DNA of 25,220 nucleotides from an uncultured bacterium (lineage in GTDB: Bacteria > Hydrogenedentota > Hydrogenedentia > Hydrogenedentales > JAEUWI01): contig CAXBPH010000084.1 of NCBI GenBank assembly GCA_963977445.1, forward strand, positions 1-25,220. The letters are read 5' to 3'. Positions 7,652 to 17,770 of the stretch are shown here, piece by piece. A program made the position numbers and the translations under genes. The notes under the pieces are model-generated. The model did not search any database. It saw only the letters and a list, made by a program, of their open reading frames with translations, and was not told the DNA's origin. Positions within the stretch are counted from its first letter, which is position 1; each line of letters begins with the position of its first letter.

Positions 7652-9307
7652 TCATTCCGCTTCGAGCTCATCGGTGTCCCTCGCCGCAGTCGCAGACTCT
7701 CGACGATCGACCTCCTGAGGGATTAGGCGCTTTTTCAATTCGCTACTGATTTTCTTGCATCGGCCCAAGAAGAACATGTCGTAGTCATCTTCGAAAATGC
7801 CAAATGCGTTCAAGCGTATCAAGTGAGTCTTCATGCAGGCGTCTAATGTTTCGTTGTCTTTCTGGAATTGACGCATGTATTTTGACGGTGGCTTGGCCTT
7901 GATCTCACGCTTGTTCAGCCAATCATCGACGATGGTTATGTTTGCGATGTGGTTGATATGGAAATCATCTTCACCTTGCTTCTTAAGGAAGGCTTTTGGG
8001 AAAAAATGGTGATAGTTCTTGCTGTTGGCCTGTTTGAGCCAATCGTTGCTTATCCGAACCTCAGAATTGTCCATGAAAGACTGTGGCCGCTGGTACGCCA
8101 GGACACAAAGCAGGGCCTTAACGTAGGAGCGACTAAGGGAAAAAAATCCATTATCTTCGATGAAATTAACGGAAATATCTATCGCCCATTCATATTTTGG
8201 AAGTTTACCCTTGATAATCTCGTCCACTTTGCGGATATCCTGGGCCAGATGACTTTCTAGGCTTTGAGAGTATCGCCCGCCTAGCGAGGCACGCCAAAAG
8301 TAGTCGTCCATTCGTTTTTTTGCGTCACCTTTGAGTTTTCCCTTGCTTTGATGGAAGTAATACGCAAATGGGACGATTAAATTTTGGTAGGGCAACAATT
8401 TGGACACGGGAATGCGTAGCGAGTTTCGGAAATACTCCACCGCTTCTTTGATGGCATCCGACGTCGCTGGCCAGGCCTTTACAACCTCAGCCCGTTTGAG
8501 TTTGAGGATGTGGCGTTTCTGGCACTCCTTTGTCAGTAGCACCGACAGCGTCTGCAATACGACCGACTCGGGGACTGTCCCATAGTCCACGGTCTCCAAT
8601 TCGTCCCGCAATTTGTCGTACTTTTCCGCCAAGTCAAAGTTGGCCTTCGAGTCGAAGGTCTTGGCCACCATAATCTCGAAGACCGACAGGGCCTTTCCGC
8701 TCACGTTCAGCCGCGTGAAAATCTCCGTGGCCACCTCGATGGGCGCATCTTTTATCAAGACCGAGGAGAATTGATAGGAGTCAACGCGTTTTCGATAGGT
8801 GTCAATCCGACTGTGATATTCCTGGGGGAACGCATTGAGTTCGGAGAGGGTACCGTGTAGCAGGGTGTGAAGCTTGATGGTGCTGTGCCCATTCGTACCA
8901 GAAAGATCCGTGAGCACGATCGGGTCCTCGTCACCAGCGTCAAGATCCAAGTAAAACTCAGAGAAATCTTCCTCGCGGTCGGCCCGCTGAATCTTCAGCC
9001 CATTTAGACTGGCGAAAAGGGATGTCAGCCGTTGCTGCCCGTCAAGCACATACTGAATGTAGTCACCTTTCGGCGTCACCGGCAGGTCGAGGCCGCCCAA
9101 GTTCCTTATGGACCGCAGCTCTTCCTTGGTTTTCCACAGGATAAACGTCCCGATGGGATAGCCCTTCATAATGCTGTCCAGTAGGGCTGCTGACTTCTGT
9201 TTATCCCACACAAAATCGCGTTGGAACTGGGGAATCTTGATGATACCCTTCGCGATGTCCGTCATGAGTGAGGTGTAGTTTAATGATTGTGGTTCGGGAA
9301 GATTCAT
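7652..9307 (-). CDS. DUF262 (GmrS-like) protein with C-terminal HNH-like region; GmrSD-type type IV restriction candidate
   Basis: PQFQRDFVW, GYPIG, DGQQRLTS and IFTRLN DUF262 motifs. C-terminal NYHHFFPK...HIANITIVDDWLN resembles a DUF1524/HNH motif. Confidence 0.8.
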   Translation of the reverse strand: MNLPEPQSLNYTSLMTDIAKGIIKIPQFQRDFVWDKQKSAALLDSIMKGYPIGTFILWKTKEELRSIRNLGGLDLPVTPKGDYIQYVLDGQQRLTSLFASLNGLKIQRADREEDFSEFYLDLDAGDEDPIVLTDLSGTNGHSTIKLHTLLHGTLSELNAFPQEYHSRIDTYRKRVDSYQFSSVLIKDAPIEVATEIFTRLNVSGKALSVFEIMVAKTFDSKANFDLAEKYDKLRDELETVDYGTVPESVVLQTLSVLLTKECQKRHILKLKRAEVVKAWPATSDAIKEAVEYFRNSLRIPVSKLLPYQNLIVPFAYYFHQSKGKLKGDAKKRMDDYFWRASLGGRYSQSLESHLAQDIRKVDEIIKGKLPKYEWAIDISVNFIEDNGFFSLSRSYVKALLCVLAYQRPQSFMDNSEVRISNDWLKQANSKNYHHFFPKAFLKKQGEDDFHINHIANITIVDDWLNKREIKAKPPSKYMRQFQKDNETLDACMKTHLIRLNAFGIFEDDYDMFFLGRCKKISSELKKRLIPQEVDRRESATAARDTDELEAE

Positions 9308-9398
9308 ATGTTTAAATCTCGTGATTTTGGATTGTGGCTTACGTTCCGCATCTTAGCGGTTCGATACGTGCCTCTCTGAATCAAGGATATTTGAGTTC

Positions 9399-10580
9399 TT
9401 AGAGCATATTTTCCAACTCTTTCGCGATTTCCTCTGACGTTTGCTCCGGTGGTGGCTCACATTGCTTATCCATCCCCGCCTCCTTGATGAAGGCTTCCGC
9501 CATCGCCTTTCGCCGGGGATTTATCACTACCGGCATGCCGAAGCACGGCTTCGAATAAATCTGCGCAGGAATGACCGCGTCGTAAGTCATCCCGTCGCCC
9601 ACAATTGCCCGTATGATCTCATCAAACCGCTTTGTAAACCAGGGTTCCGAAATAAAGTGGGGCCATCCCGTGTCGGCCATACTGAAGTTTACAACCAGTA
9701 ATCGCAGCAGGCCCTCGGTCTCACCGCCACATTGTCGCCTACGCAATTTCGTGCGGATCTTATTTCCCCATTCCGATCGGGCACATTCCTCTGCGCTTCC
9801 GACTTGAAAGAACAATTGGGTATCGGTGGAGCGTGTGCCCCAATGGATGGTAATTTCGCGCTCCTCAGAATCCTCGTTATATTCCTCGCAAGCAACTCGA
9901 ATCTCGGTTTTCCCGCCGGGGCCATCCACTACCAGGTCCGACGAGGGCCGACCCTCGGATAACCAGGCTTCGGCTTTTGCCTGGAATTCTATTAGCCAGG
10001 CGTGTAGCTCCTTCTCGGCGCTGGGAAACGTATAGGCGTAGAACAAGTCGTTTCGTTCGTAATCATCCGCTTCCCGTTTCGGGCCCGCATGGATGCTTAG
10101 TTTAAAACCACATGGGAGATCGAGGTACCCGAGAATCGCCTTCAAGTATTCCTCTAGTAGTTGAAGGCCCACAAAATCTACCGGCGTATAGAGCTCCATC
10201 CGAATCTCGCCGACCGACGTTCCCACAATCAAGTCAGGACAAACAGGGGCGTTACTAGATTCAGGCGCTTCAAGATGGTCACCATAACGTTCGTGCAAAT
10301 GGGTAAATAGAAGTAATTCCGCAACGCGCTGGTTTCGTTGAAATGAGTTTTTTGTTTTGAGTATTGCCTTGCCGATGGGCCCTGAGAGAGGTAGCCATGT
10401 GTTAATAAGCTTCAGGAGTTTTTTTGACGACTCGTAATGGGTATTGTTCAATAAGCAAACAATCTCCAACTCCGAACGCCCGGAATCAGGAATCGAAATC
10501 GATTTCGCTATTTCCGGGTAGTCGCCAAGTACTTGGTGTACTTTCGCGGTGATGGGATAGGTGACGCGGACCGTGCTCAT
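9399..10580 (-). CDS. Hypothetical protein (393 aa) with possible PD-(D/E)xK nuclease-like motif
   Basis: Long ORF co-oriented with the operon and lower in GC. Motif VAELLL...CPDLIV...EIRMELYTP. Start ATG 10580 is preceded by GGGGG; 10607 is an alternative start. Confidence 0.7.
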   Translation of the reverse strand: MSTVRVTYPITAKVHQVLGDYPEIAKSISIPDSGRSELEIVCLLNNTHYESSKKLLKLINTWLPLSGPIGKAILKTKNSFQRNQRVAELLLFTHLHERYGDHLEAPESSNAPVCPDLIVGTSVGEIRMELYTPVDFVGLQLLEEYLKAILGYLDLPCGFKLSIHAGPKREADDYERNDLFYAYTFPSAEKELHAWLIEFQAKAEAWLSEGRPSSDLVVDGPGGKTEIRVACEEYNEDSEEREITIHWGTRSTDTQLFFQVGSAEECARSEWGNKIRTKLRRRQCGGETEGLLRLLVVNFSMADTGWPHFISEPWFTKRFDEIIRAIVGDGMTYDAVIPAQIYSKPCFGMPVVINPRRKAMAEAFIKEAGMDKQCEPPPEQTSEEIAKELENML

Positions 10581-10636
10581 TGGTTGGCCCCCATTGCCGA
10601 ACAACATGTGCTCTGTGGGTTGCGCGGCAACCGAGA

Positions 10637-10659
10637 GACAGCCGGGACTGCTATCCTAC
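10637..10659 (-). repeat. REP-like element (GTAG plus imperfect palindrome)
   Basis: Minus strand reads GTAG-GATAGC-AGTCCCG-GCTGTC. An adjacent hairpin GGTTGC/GCAACC lies at 10618-10632. Only one copy was noticed in the window. Confidence 0.35.
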
Positions 10660-10683
10660 ATTCTTTCTCGGGCGTCAGGTCCC

Positions 10684-13600
10684 TCATCGTGCTTTTACCT
10701 CTGCCACGATGGCGCTGAGTTCGGCTTCGGTGAGTTTGCGGGGGCACCATTCCACTTTGCTTGTGGCCTTGCCGCTTTTGGTCTTTTTGGTCACTTCCGC
10801 CTCTTCCCACAGGGCCGCTTCGAGGTCGTGGGCGATGGCGTAGCTCCGGTCCTTATGCGAAGCGCGGACGACGCGGTCGGGCCAGATGCTCAGGGCGAGG
10901 TGTGCCCAGTCGTAGCCGCCCCCTTCGAGGGTTTCCCAGGTCTCCTTGAGCTTCTTCTGCCAGGGCTTGTGCTGGAAGAGGCGCCACAGGGGCGCGGCGG
11001 TGATCAGTACGCCATCATTCAGGTTGGGTTTCCAGAATCGGGCGATGCGGAGCAGTTCATCCTGAAATTCCCTGAGTTCCACCTCCAGGTCGCTCAGCCG
11101 CTCCAGATCCTTCTCCTCGGTCGACGCGCGCTGGGCTTTGCTCTGGAGGTGGGCCATCTCGTCGGCCACCTGCTTCAACTTGGGCTCCACGAAGTCGTTG
11201 ACCGCTGTGTACAGCGTCTGGTCGGTAAGGCGGTGGTAATAGATCCAAAGAGAGTAAGAATTGGACGGGGTCGACAGCGGCCAGTAGATGGGGGCCTGGC
11301 GACGGCTCTTGCTATACCGACTGAGGTGGTCGGCGAAAAAGGTAGCCGGGCGGCGGAAGTAATCCCGCAGGGTCTTTACGCCAAGGAACTCGCAGGCTTC
11401 CTGTTCGATGGACTCGGCGCGGTCCTTCCAGATAACCTCCATGGCATCACGGACGCGGGCGACAATGTCCTCGGGATGCATCTTGTCATCCACCAATATA
11501 CCGGGCCAGGAAATGCGCAGTGGGTAATTCGCGGGCACGTCCTCCGGCTCGGCGGGCAGGCCCTCGGCGTTCTGGAGCATCCCGGGCGGGCAGACGGGCA
11601 GCGGATCGAAGGGATCGGGCAATGCAGGGCGCTGGCGCTCCCCGGTGGCGTAGCGGATGTCCCAGCGGCCGAGGACGGTGCCGAGTGCATTTGAGCAAAA
11701 CGATTGGCCCACAAACCAGCCCAAATCTCTAGCGCCAGAAACATCGCTAATTGGTAGTTCGGGTACTGGCTGTTTTGCGCTGAATTCATCCAATACGCGG
11801 CGCTCCTCGCCTGTAAGGGAAAAACCATCCTCATACAAGTCTGAGCAGAAACGCTCGGTTACACGAGACCCTTCACATGCACTTTGTACATGAAAATCGA
11901 TTAGCCGCAGCGCGTCACTAAGCGATTCGCACGATGGGCGCGCATTTCCAAAAATGGGCGAGAGTTCATCGAGCGATTCAGCAAATGCGTGTTTATTGAT
12001 GGTTTCCTCGACGTATTTAGCTATCTCGCTTTCGTTCTCCAACTGAATGTGTGGTAGTAGATTTACATAACCAGAGTATTTGTGCTGACCACAGAATCGA
12101 TTCAATGAGTAACGGACAAGAGGTGTGTTTAGAAATCCGAGTAAGGCCAGAGCCTGCTCTTTGCTTGGAATCGGGAAGGATTGACCTTCAACAGTAAAAA
12201 CAAATCCGTCAGGCAAGACATGCGCTGCAAAAAACTCACCGCGCTTTCCGAAACACACTCCTCTCTTAAAATGCTTTGTTGGATTGCGCAATACTGTCGA
12301 TGAATCTTTTGGGATTAGTTCGAGTGGAACTGGTGCAACAACTGTTGCTAGTTGACGGGTCTTGTATGGGGAAAATCCAGATCCGTTAAATAGGCGGGCG
12401 CGCACTTCAGACGAGCCAGGGTAACATTCCCACCAAAGACGGAAGTGTTTTTCGGACTTCAGAGCGTGCCCCTGGAACGCAGAGAGGCCTTGCTCACCAA
12501 GAGAATGGAATTCCGAGAAAGCCACACGGAGAAATCCGGGAAAGTCATAGCCAATGACGGCATTTGGGAACCGTTTGAAACGGCTGGCATTTTCTACCGT
12601 CACTCGAGGCTCGTGAAGGCCGCACTCTACCGCTTTCAGAGCGGCAAGGATCTCCTGTCCCTTACAATCCGACTTAGCACTTCGAACATCGATAAAAACC
12701 CCAGGCCCAGTCACCCTAGACAGTATGGACGATGTCACCTCGACGTTTGCATCTAGAACTTCCCAGCCTAAATCTGCGACTGAGCGCAGCCGATTGTCTG
12801 GGACAATGTGCCGCCGTCGGAAGTTCTCGTATGTGCTTTTGATCACTGCCGTTCTATCGTAAATTGCACCGACGCTGCCAAGCGAAGTGTTTAGATTGAC
12901 AGCTCGGTCAAAGAACGCGCATAGAACGTTCTTGTTCCAATCTTGATAGCGATCGTCAATATATTTGTAAGACTCACTTGAAGCTTCCCCAAAAGGTGGA
13001 TTCATAACGACAGCGTCGTAGCGTTTGCGGCAGAGGTCGATGAAGGCAAAACCGCGTGCAGCGTCGTCGGCGAAGAGGCGGCGCTGGTAGGCGTCCGTCT
13101 CGGCGTGTTCGGCATAGCCGCGAAGGGCGTCGATAACCTGGTTCTCGGCGGTGTCCCAGAAATCGGTAGTCATTGGTCCGCGACCCTTCGCCAGTACGCG
13201 ATCTAAACCTGTGGGTTCCTGTTGGGCACCCGGCCTGCGCGTTTGATTCAATTCCTCTGTGGTAAACAATTCGAGGGGCCGGGATTCGAATTCTTCCCAA
13301 GCCCTGCGGGCGTCTTCGATGGCGGTGCGGATTTCCTCTTCGATTTTGAGGAGAGCCCCGGCTTCTCCCGCGAGCTTCATTCTGTCGAAAACCGTCCGAA
13401 CCAGTTCGCCGAGGAGTGGCGGGTCGAGGGTGGCGACAAAGTCTTCCAGCATCTCGGGGCTGCCGGGCATGGGCTCGGCGCAAACGATGTTGGAGCGACG
13501 GATACGGGGGCGGTCGGCGGGTTTCACGCCCTGGTCTTTCCAAGCCCGTTGGGCGCGGAGCCAGAGGGAGAGTCCGGCTATCTGGACGGCCCTGGGGTCA

Positions 13601-15063
13601 ATGTCGATACCGTGAATGTTGTGCTCAATAATGAGGCGTGGGACATCCATCAGAAAATTCTCTTTGTTGGCGTATGCTTCCTGCAAGACTGAGGAATCGC
13701 CACTATCCCAAGCTTCCTCGTAGATGGCTTCAAAAAGGTCGAAGGCGTAGAGCCCAAAGTGCATGGAGCCACAGGCCGGGTCGAGAAGCCGGATCTCGCG
13801 GGGGTCCTTCCGGGGCCGATAAGGCACCAACACGGGCGCCCGGAGTAATTCTTCCTGGGCGTGCTCCTCTCCTTCGCCCGCGCGCAGCCGCTCCAGAATC
13901 TCCTGCGCGGCCCCCATAGCAAGGCTGCCGCGCCGGAAAATCGTGCCACACCCACTTTGGCGATCCGCGCGCGCGCATAAGAATAGAAAGTCCCACAATT
14001 CTTGCAAGGGCACCGCCGTCAAATCGTCCAGAGCCCGGTACTGCTCCTCCAGATGCCGATGCTTCGCCGGCTCACCGTCCCGCTGGTAGGCATCGACACA
14101 GTGTCCAAGCTGGATGGCAAGGTCTCCTTGCGCTCTCTCCTCCGCTGGCCAGTCGGGAATCCTCCCCTGGCGCAACGCATCGGCCAAGGTTTTCACCTCA
14201 CGGTCGTATTTCTCGTCCACCGTCGACTTTGCGAGGAAAACTTCATTCGGCCGTCGCACCAGGTATTGGCAGGTGTCTTTCAGGCGGGTATTTCCCTGGC
14301 ACATCTCATACCAGATGCGGCCGAGGGTGTTGTCGGTCAGGAATTCCACGACATAGCGTGGGGTGAAGAACTGGTTGCGGACGGCGAGTTCCCGGCTGTT
14401 CCGAGGTGCGGCGGAGTCCTTGCGCATCTTCTTGCGCTCTTCGGTGGAGTTGAAGTACTGGTAGATCCAGCCGATGGTCTCATCTTCGGCCCAGAGAGGC
14501 TCGATCTCGGCGTGGTTGATGAGGGGGAGGACTTGGAGGAGGGCGGCCTCCCGGGGGAAGAGGCGGCCCTGGGGGGCATAGCGGTCGAAGAGCGTGGGGA
14601 GGTCCTGGGCCAGTTCATCGAAGACGCTGAAGAGGTAGACCCGGTAGGCGTCGCCCGTTTCGCCCAGGCCGGTGCCCGCGAGGCGGGCATAGAGCTGGAA
14701 GCCCTTGGCCTGGTAGCCATTGCCCACGGACTCCACGAGGAGCCCCCGGGCCTCGGCCAGACGCAGGGCGGCGAGGCGGTTGAGCACGGTGAAGGCTTGC
14801 TCCCGGACGATACGGTCCAGCCCGGTGCGGGCGTCGGCCTGTTGGCTCGCGCGGTAGTGGGCGAGGGTATCGCGCAGGATACGGGCGGTCTCCCGCTGGG
14901 CGTCATTCAGATCGCGGAGCTTGTCCATGTCCGTCACGGTGCCCGAGACGGGGTCCAGCCCGTAGTCATTCTGAAGCTGCCGGGTGAATTCTTCTTCCAG
15001 CACCTTGCGCGATTCATTCACAAAGCGCTGGAGCCGGTTTCGGGTGGGTTGGTCGAAGGCCAT
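10684..15063 (-). CDS. pglX: BREX PglX (BrxX) N6-adenine DNA methyltransferase, 1459 aa
   Basis: QFFTPRYVV; motif I LLDPACGSMHF; catalytic NPPF; C-terminal YSKSRRQAPIYW and LNDGV. Start ATG 15063 overlaps the helicase stop (TGATG). Confidence 0.93.
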   Translation of the reverse strand: MAFDQPTRNRLQRFVNESRKVLEEEFTRQLQNDYGLDPVSGTVTDMDKLRDLNDAQRETARILRDTLAHYRASQQADARTGLDRIVREQAFTVLNRLAALRLAEARGLLVESVGNGYQAKGFQLYARLAGTGLGETGDAYRVYLFSVFDELAQDLPTLFDRYAPQGRLFPREAALLQVLPLINHAEIEPLWAEDETIGWIYQYFNSTEERKKMRKDSAAPRNSRELAVRNQFFTPRYVVEFLTDNTLGRIWYEMCQGNTRLKDTCQYLVRRPNEVFLAKSTVDEKYDREVKTLADALRQGRIPDWPAEERAQGDLAIQLGHCVDAYQRDGEPAKHRHLEEQYRALDDLTAVPLQELWDFLFLCARADRQSGCGTIFRRGSLAMGAAQEILERLRAGEGEEHAQEELLRAPVLVPYRPRKDPREIRLLDPACGSMHFGLYAFDLFEAIYEEAWDSGDSSVLQEAYANKENFLMDVPRLIIEHNIHGIDIDPRAVQIAGLSLWLRAQRAWKDQGVKPADRPRIRRSNIVCAEPMPGSPEMLEDFVATLDPPLLGELVRTVFDRMKLAGEAGALLKIEEEIRTAIEDARRAWEEFESRPLELFTTEELNQTRRPGAQQEPTGLDRVLAKGRGPMTTDFWDTAENQVIDALRGYAEHAETDAYQRRLFADDAARGFAFIDLCRKRYDAVVMNPPFGEASSESYKYIDDRYQDWNKNVLCAFFDRAVNLNTSLGSVGAIYDRTAVIKSTYENFRRRHIVPDNRLRSVADLGWEVLDANVEVTSSILSRVTGPGVFIDVRSAKSDCKGQEILAALKAVECGLHEPRVTVENASRFKRFPNAVIGYDFPGFLRVAFSEFHSLGEQGLSAFQGHALKSEKHFRLWWECYPGSSEVRARLFNGSGFSPYKTRQLATVVAPVPLELIPKDSSTVLRNPTKHFKRGVCFGKRGEFFAAHVLPDGFVFTVEGQSFPIPSKEQALALLGFLNTPLVRYSLNRFCGQHKYSGYVNLLPHIQLENESEIAKYVEETINKHAFAESLDELSPIFGNARPSCESLSDALRLIDFHVQSACEGSRVTERFCSDLYEDGFSLTGEERRVLDEFSAKQPVPELPISDVSGARDLGWFVGQSFCSNALGTVLGRWDIRYATGERQRPALPDPFDPLPVCPPGMLQNAEGLPAEPEDVPANYPLRISWPGILVDDKMHPEDIVARVRDAMEVIWKDRAESIEQEACEFLGVKTLRDYFRRPATFFADHLSRYSKSRRQAPIYWPLSTPSNSYSLWIYYHRLTDQTLYTAVNDFVEPKLKQVADEMAHLQSKAQRASTEEKDLERLSDLEVELREFQDELLRIARFWKPNLNDGVLITAAPLWRLFQHKPWQKKLKETWETLEGGGYDWAHLALSIWPDRVVRASHKDRSYAIAHDLEAALWEEAEVTKKTKSGKATSKVEWCPRKLTEAELSAIVAEVKAR

Positions 15064-17768
15064 CAGTGCGTACCCTGGCGATTTTGCGTCGTTGCCCAAA
15101 CACCGGTAAAGTGATCACGTAGGTCTTCCAGCAAGTCGGGGACATACTCCCGGCAGGTAATGCCCAGGTAGGTGGCGGCACGGGTGGCACCGACGTAGAG
15201 GTACTTGTCAAACAATTCTGGTTGAATTTCGGCGAGATTGTCGACATCCACGAAAAAGACCGCTTCGAACTCGAGCCCCTTGATGTACTGTATATCAAAA
15301 ACGCGGACGTCGTTGTCGTGTCCCACGACTTGGCCAAGCGGGCAGGCCTGCACTTGGATGTTGTGTTCGTATAACGCGTCCTTCAGGGCCCTTGAAATGA
15401 GGGTCACTTCTTCTTCTGAATTAACAAAGATAGCCGTCGAGGGCATTTGCCCCACAAATTTTTCGATCTCGCGTATTCTTTCAGCCAGCCAGTAAATGAC
15501 TACTTCATCGGAATCTGCTGATTCCAAGAGTACGGGGGGCACTCCCTCACTGTCCACGTGCTCCGGCAGTGTGGCGACGTGCCCGGCTCCCTTTAGTGTT
15601 TGGACTATCGCTCTGGAAAGCTCGTTCAGTTGTCTGCTCTGGCGGTAGGAAACAGATATTTCCCTGATATCAAAGTCTGAAAAGACCCATCGGAGCTCAT
15701 CTTCCGTCCGCGTGCCCCATGTTGTCAGGCGCTGGTTGAAATCCCCGCACGCGAAAAAGGACTGAAGTTCCGGCCGCGCCAACGCGGCCATACAGGCAAG
15801 TTGAACAGGTGAAAAGTCGGTTGCTTCGTCTACCAGGATTTGATTGCGGTAGAGTCCAAGGAGCGGAATTAGTGAGGACCAGTGAGTGGAATCGATGTTT
15901 TTCCTGATGTCTGGCACGGAAAGTAGATTGTAACCATCACGGAGAGTGGTCAGCAAGACGACATCGAGTTCGAGTGGATTCACTTCTCTGGACTCCAATC
16001 CATCTTTCAGATACCAGACTCCCTGCTCCTGACTGGCGCGGCGAAATGCGCGGTATCGCTTTGGGATACCATCGAAATAACTCTTCAATGGATTTACAAA
16101 TCGACGGGCACTTGTCTGGACCAACTGGTTGGTGCCGATCTCCTCAAAGTCGAGGGCTGAGATGACCTCCTCACCGATCCACTCAAGGATCTTTGCATAT
16201 CTGGAGTTTCTATTCAGTGGTTGCTTGGATAGAGAGGCACGGGCCCTGACCCGAACGGCATTCATGTAGGCGTTCAGTGCGGCAACGGAGGTCGTCAGTG
16301 AAGCGCCTGAATCCTCGTCATCGACCTCGTCCTGTTCGTCTGGGTCCACTCCTTGCCCGTCTTGAAGCCCATCGATGAAGGTGGCCAATTCATCGAGGAA
16401 GCCTCGATTTTTACTGAACCGTCCCGCGATGGAAGCCTTTATGATCTTGTCTGTTGTCGTTTTTAAACGGTTCACGATTCCTTGCGCGTGCTGAGCCTCA
16501 TCGGCAAGCGCTCGAATTGTGGAGGCCATGGTGACATCACCGGAACGGTCGATAATCACTTTAAGCCTTTTCCCCAGAGCAACGCTCTCGTTATCACGAC
16601 TTGCGACCAGGGTCTCTGTTGCATCCACAAGTTGCTGAAAGTGGTTGTGCCGTTGCCATTCGTTAAACTCAGTAAACCATTGAATGGGTTTCTCGTATGC
16701 TGAAACACGCAGGTTAGCGCCCTTGTCATTAAGAACGAGAGAGCCTTTTCCTGTCGATGTCTTAAGGATTCCAAGAGGGCCTCGGGCGAGCTCCCGCCGG
16801 TAGTCATCCCAAGTCCTGATGCGTCTATTGGATGCAGGAACGCCTTCACGGGAAAACGCTTCTTTCAAGTAGTCTTTCAACAGGTCGGTCGGCGTAAACA
16901 TGAGCCAACTGCTTGCGTGATCGTCACCCTGCAGGTCATTGATACTTCCGACCAATAGCTGCTCCGAAGTTTCAAGAGAATAGATGTCGCGTTTCTGGCC
17001 CAGGCGGCGAATCAATGTCGTGGTCTTTCCTGTTCCGGGCGGCCCGAGAATCATGAGGCGCGCACCGAGTGGAAGTCTGAAAATCTCATCTTGATACTGG
17101 TCCAGAATCGGCTGGTCACGAAGGCCCATCTTGGTGAGTACCGTTCGGCGCAATCCGTCGAAGATATTCGGTTCAGCCTGCTCCTCGGCAAGAAAGCTAT
17201 CGAGGAGTTCCACGCCATCATCCCGCACAGCGACTTCGAACAGGGCGCGCAGTGACTCTATCGTCAATGGTCCTATCGCCTTGCCCTCCAGCACACTGTT
17301 CCGCGAGTTCCAACCACCAGATTCGAGCGATGGCCGCAATTGGGTGCGCTCGATCACTTTCATAGTGCCGACTTTAGGGATAGTGCACAGGCTGCCAATT
17401 GGTGACGAGGCGAGACGTCCAACGGGCGAGCGGTAACTCGCCAAATCGATATCATCAATCCTCACAGGTGTTGTTCGGCATACGTAGTAGATCTTGGTAA
17501 CGCCATTTTCTGTTTCAGCCACAATTCGTGCAATGGCGGGCTCTGATCTCAGTTGACGGCAACTTTGTAGGATTTCCTGGCTGATAGTGTTCACTTTGCG
17601 AACCTGAGAGTTTGCAGTCCATGAATTCGCTTCGACGAAGACGTCAGGATTTTGAGTGCTGCCGCCGTTGAGCCTTTCCGTAGCAAAATGGACAATTAAT
17701 TCAAAGGTCTGGAGCGTTTCTCCCGCTAACTCTGCGAGGTGCTTTCTATATTCTTGTGGTAGTTCCAT
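15063..17768 (-). CDS. Superfamily 1 (UvrD/HelD-like) helicase/ATPase, 901 aa
   Basis: GPPGTGKTT, ILVDEATD, GDFNQR, SYRQS, KGLEFEAV and LYVGATRA helicase motifs. The N-terminal YRSPVG recalls the HelD-type DWRAP segment. Confidence 0.85.
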   Translation of the reverse strand: MELPQEYRKHLAELAGETLQTFELIVHFATERLNGGSTQNPDVFVEANSWTANSQVRKVNTISQEILQSCRQLRSEPAIARIVAETENGVTKIYYVCRTTPVRIDDIDLASYRSPVGRLASSPIGSLCTIPKVGTMKVIERTQLRPSLESGGWNSRNSVLEGKAIGPLTIESLRALFEVAVRDDGVELLDSFLAEEQAEPNIFDGLRRTVLTKMGLRDQPILDQYQDEIFRLPLGARLMILGPPGTGKTTTLIRRLGQKRDIYSLETSEQLLVGSINDLQGDDHASSWLMFTPTDLLKDYLKEAFSREGVPASNRRIRTWDDYRRELARGPLGILKTSTGKGSLVLNDKGANLRVSAYEKPIQWFTEFNEWQRHNHFQQLVDATETLVASRDNESVALGKRLKVIIDRSGDVTMASTIRALADEAQHAQGIVNRLKTTTDKIIKASIAGRFSKNRGFLDELATFIDGLQDGQGVDPDEQDEVDDEDSGASLTTSVAALNAYMNAVRVRARASLSKQPLNRNSRYAKILEWIGEEVISALDFEEIGTNQLVQTSARRFVNPLKSYFDGIPKRYRAFRRASQEQGVWYLKDGLESREVNPLELDVVLLTTLRDGYNLLSVPDIRKNIDSTHWSSLIPLLGLYRNQILVDEATDFSPVQLACMAALARPELQSFFACGDFNQRLTTWGTRTEDELRWVFSDFDIREISVSYRQSRQLNELSRAIVQTLKGAGHVATLPEHVDSEGVPPVLLESADSDEVVIYWLAERIREIEKFVGQMPSTAIFVNSEEEVTLISRALKDALYEHNIQVQACPLGQVVGHDNDVRVFDIQYIKGLEFEAVFFVDVDNLAEIQPELFDKYLYVGATRAATYLGITCREYVPDLLEDLRDHFTGVWATTQNRQGTH

Positions 17769-17770
17769 AA

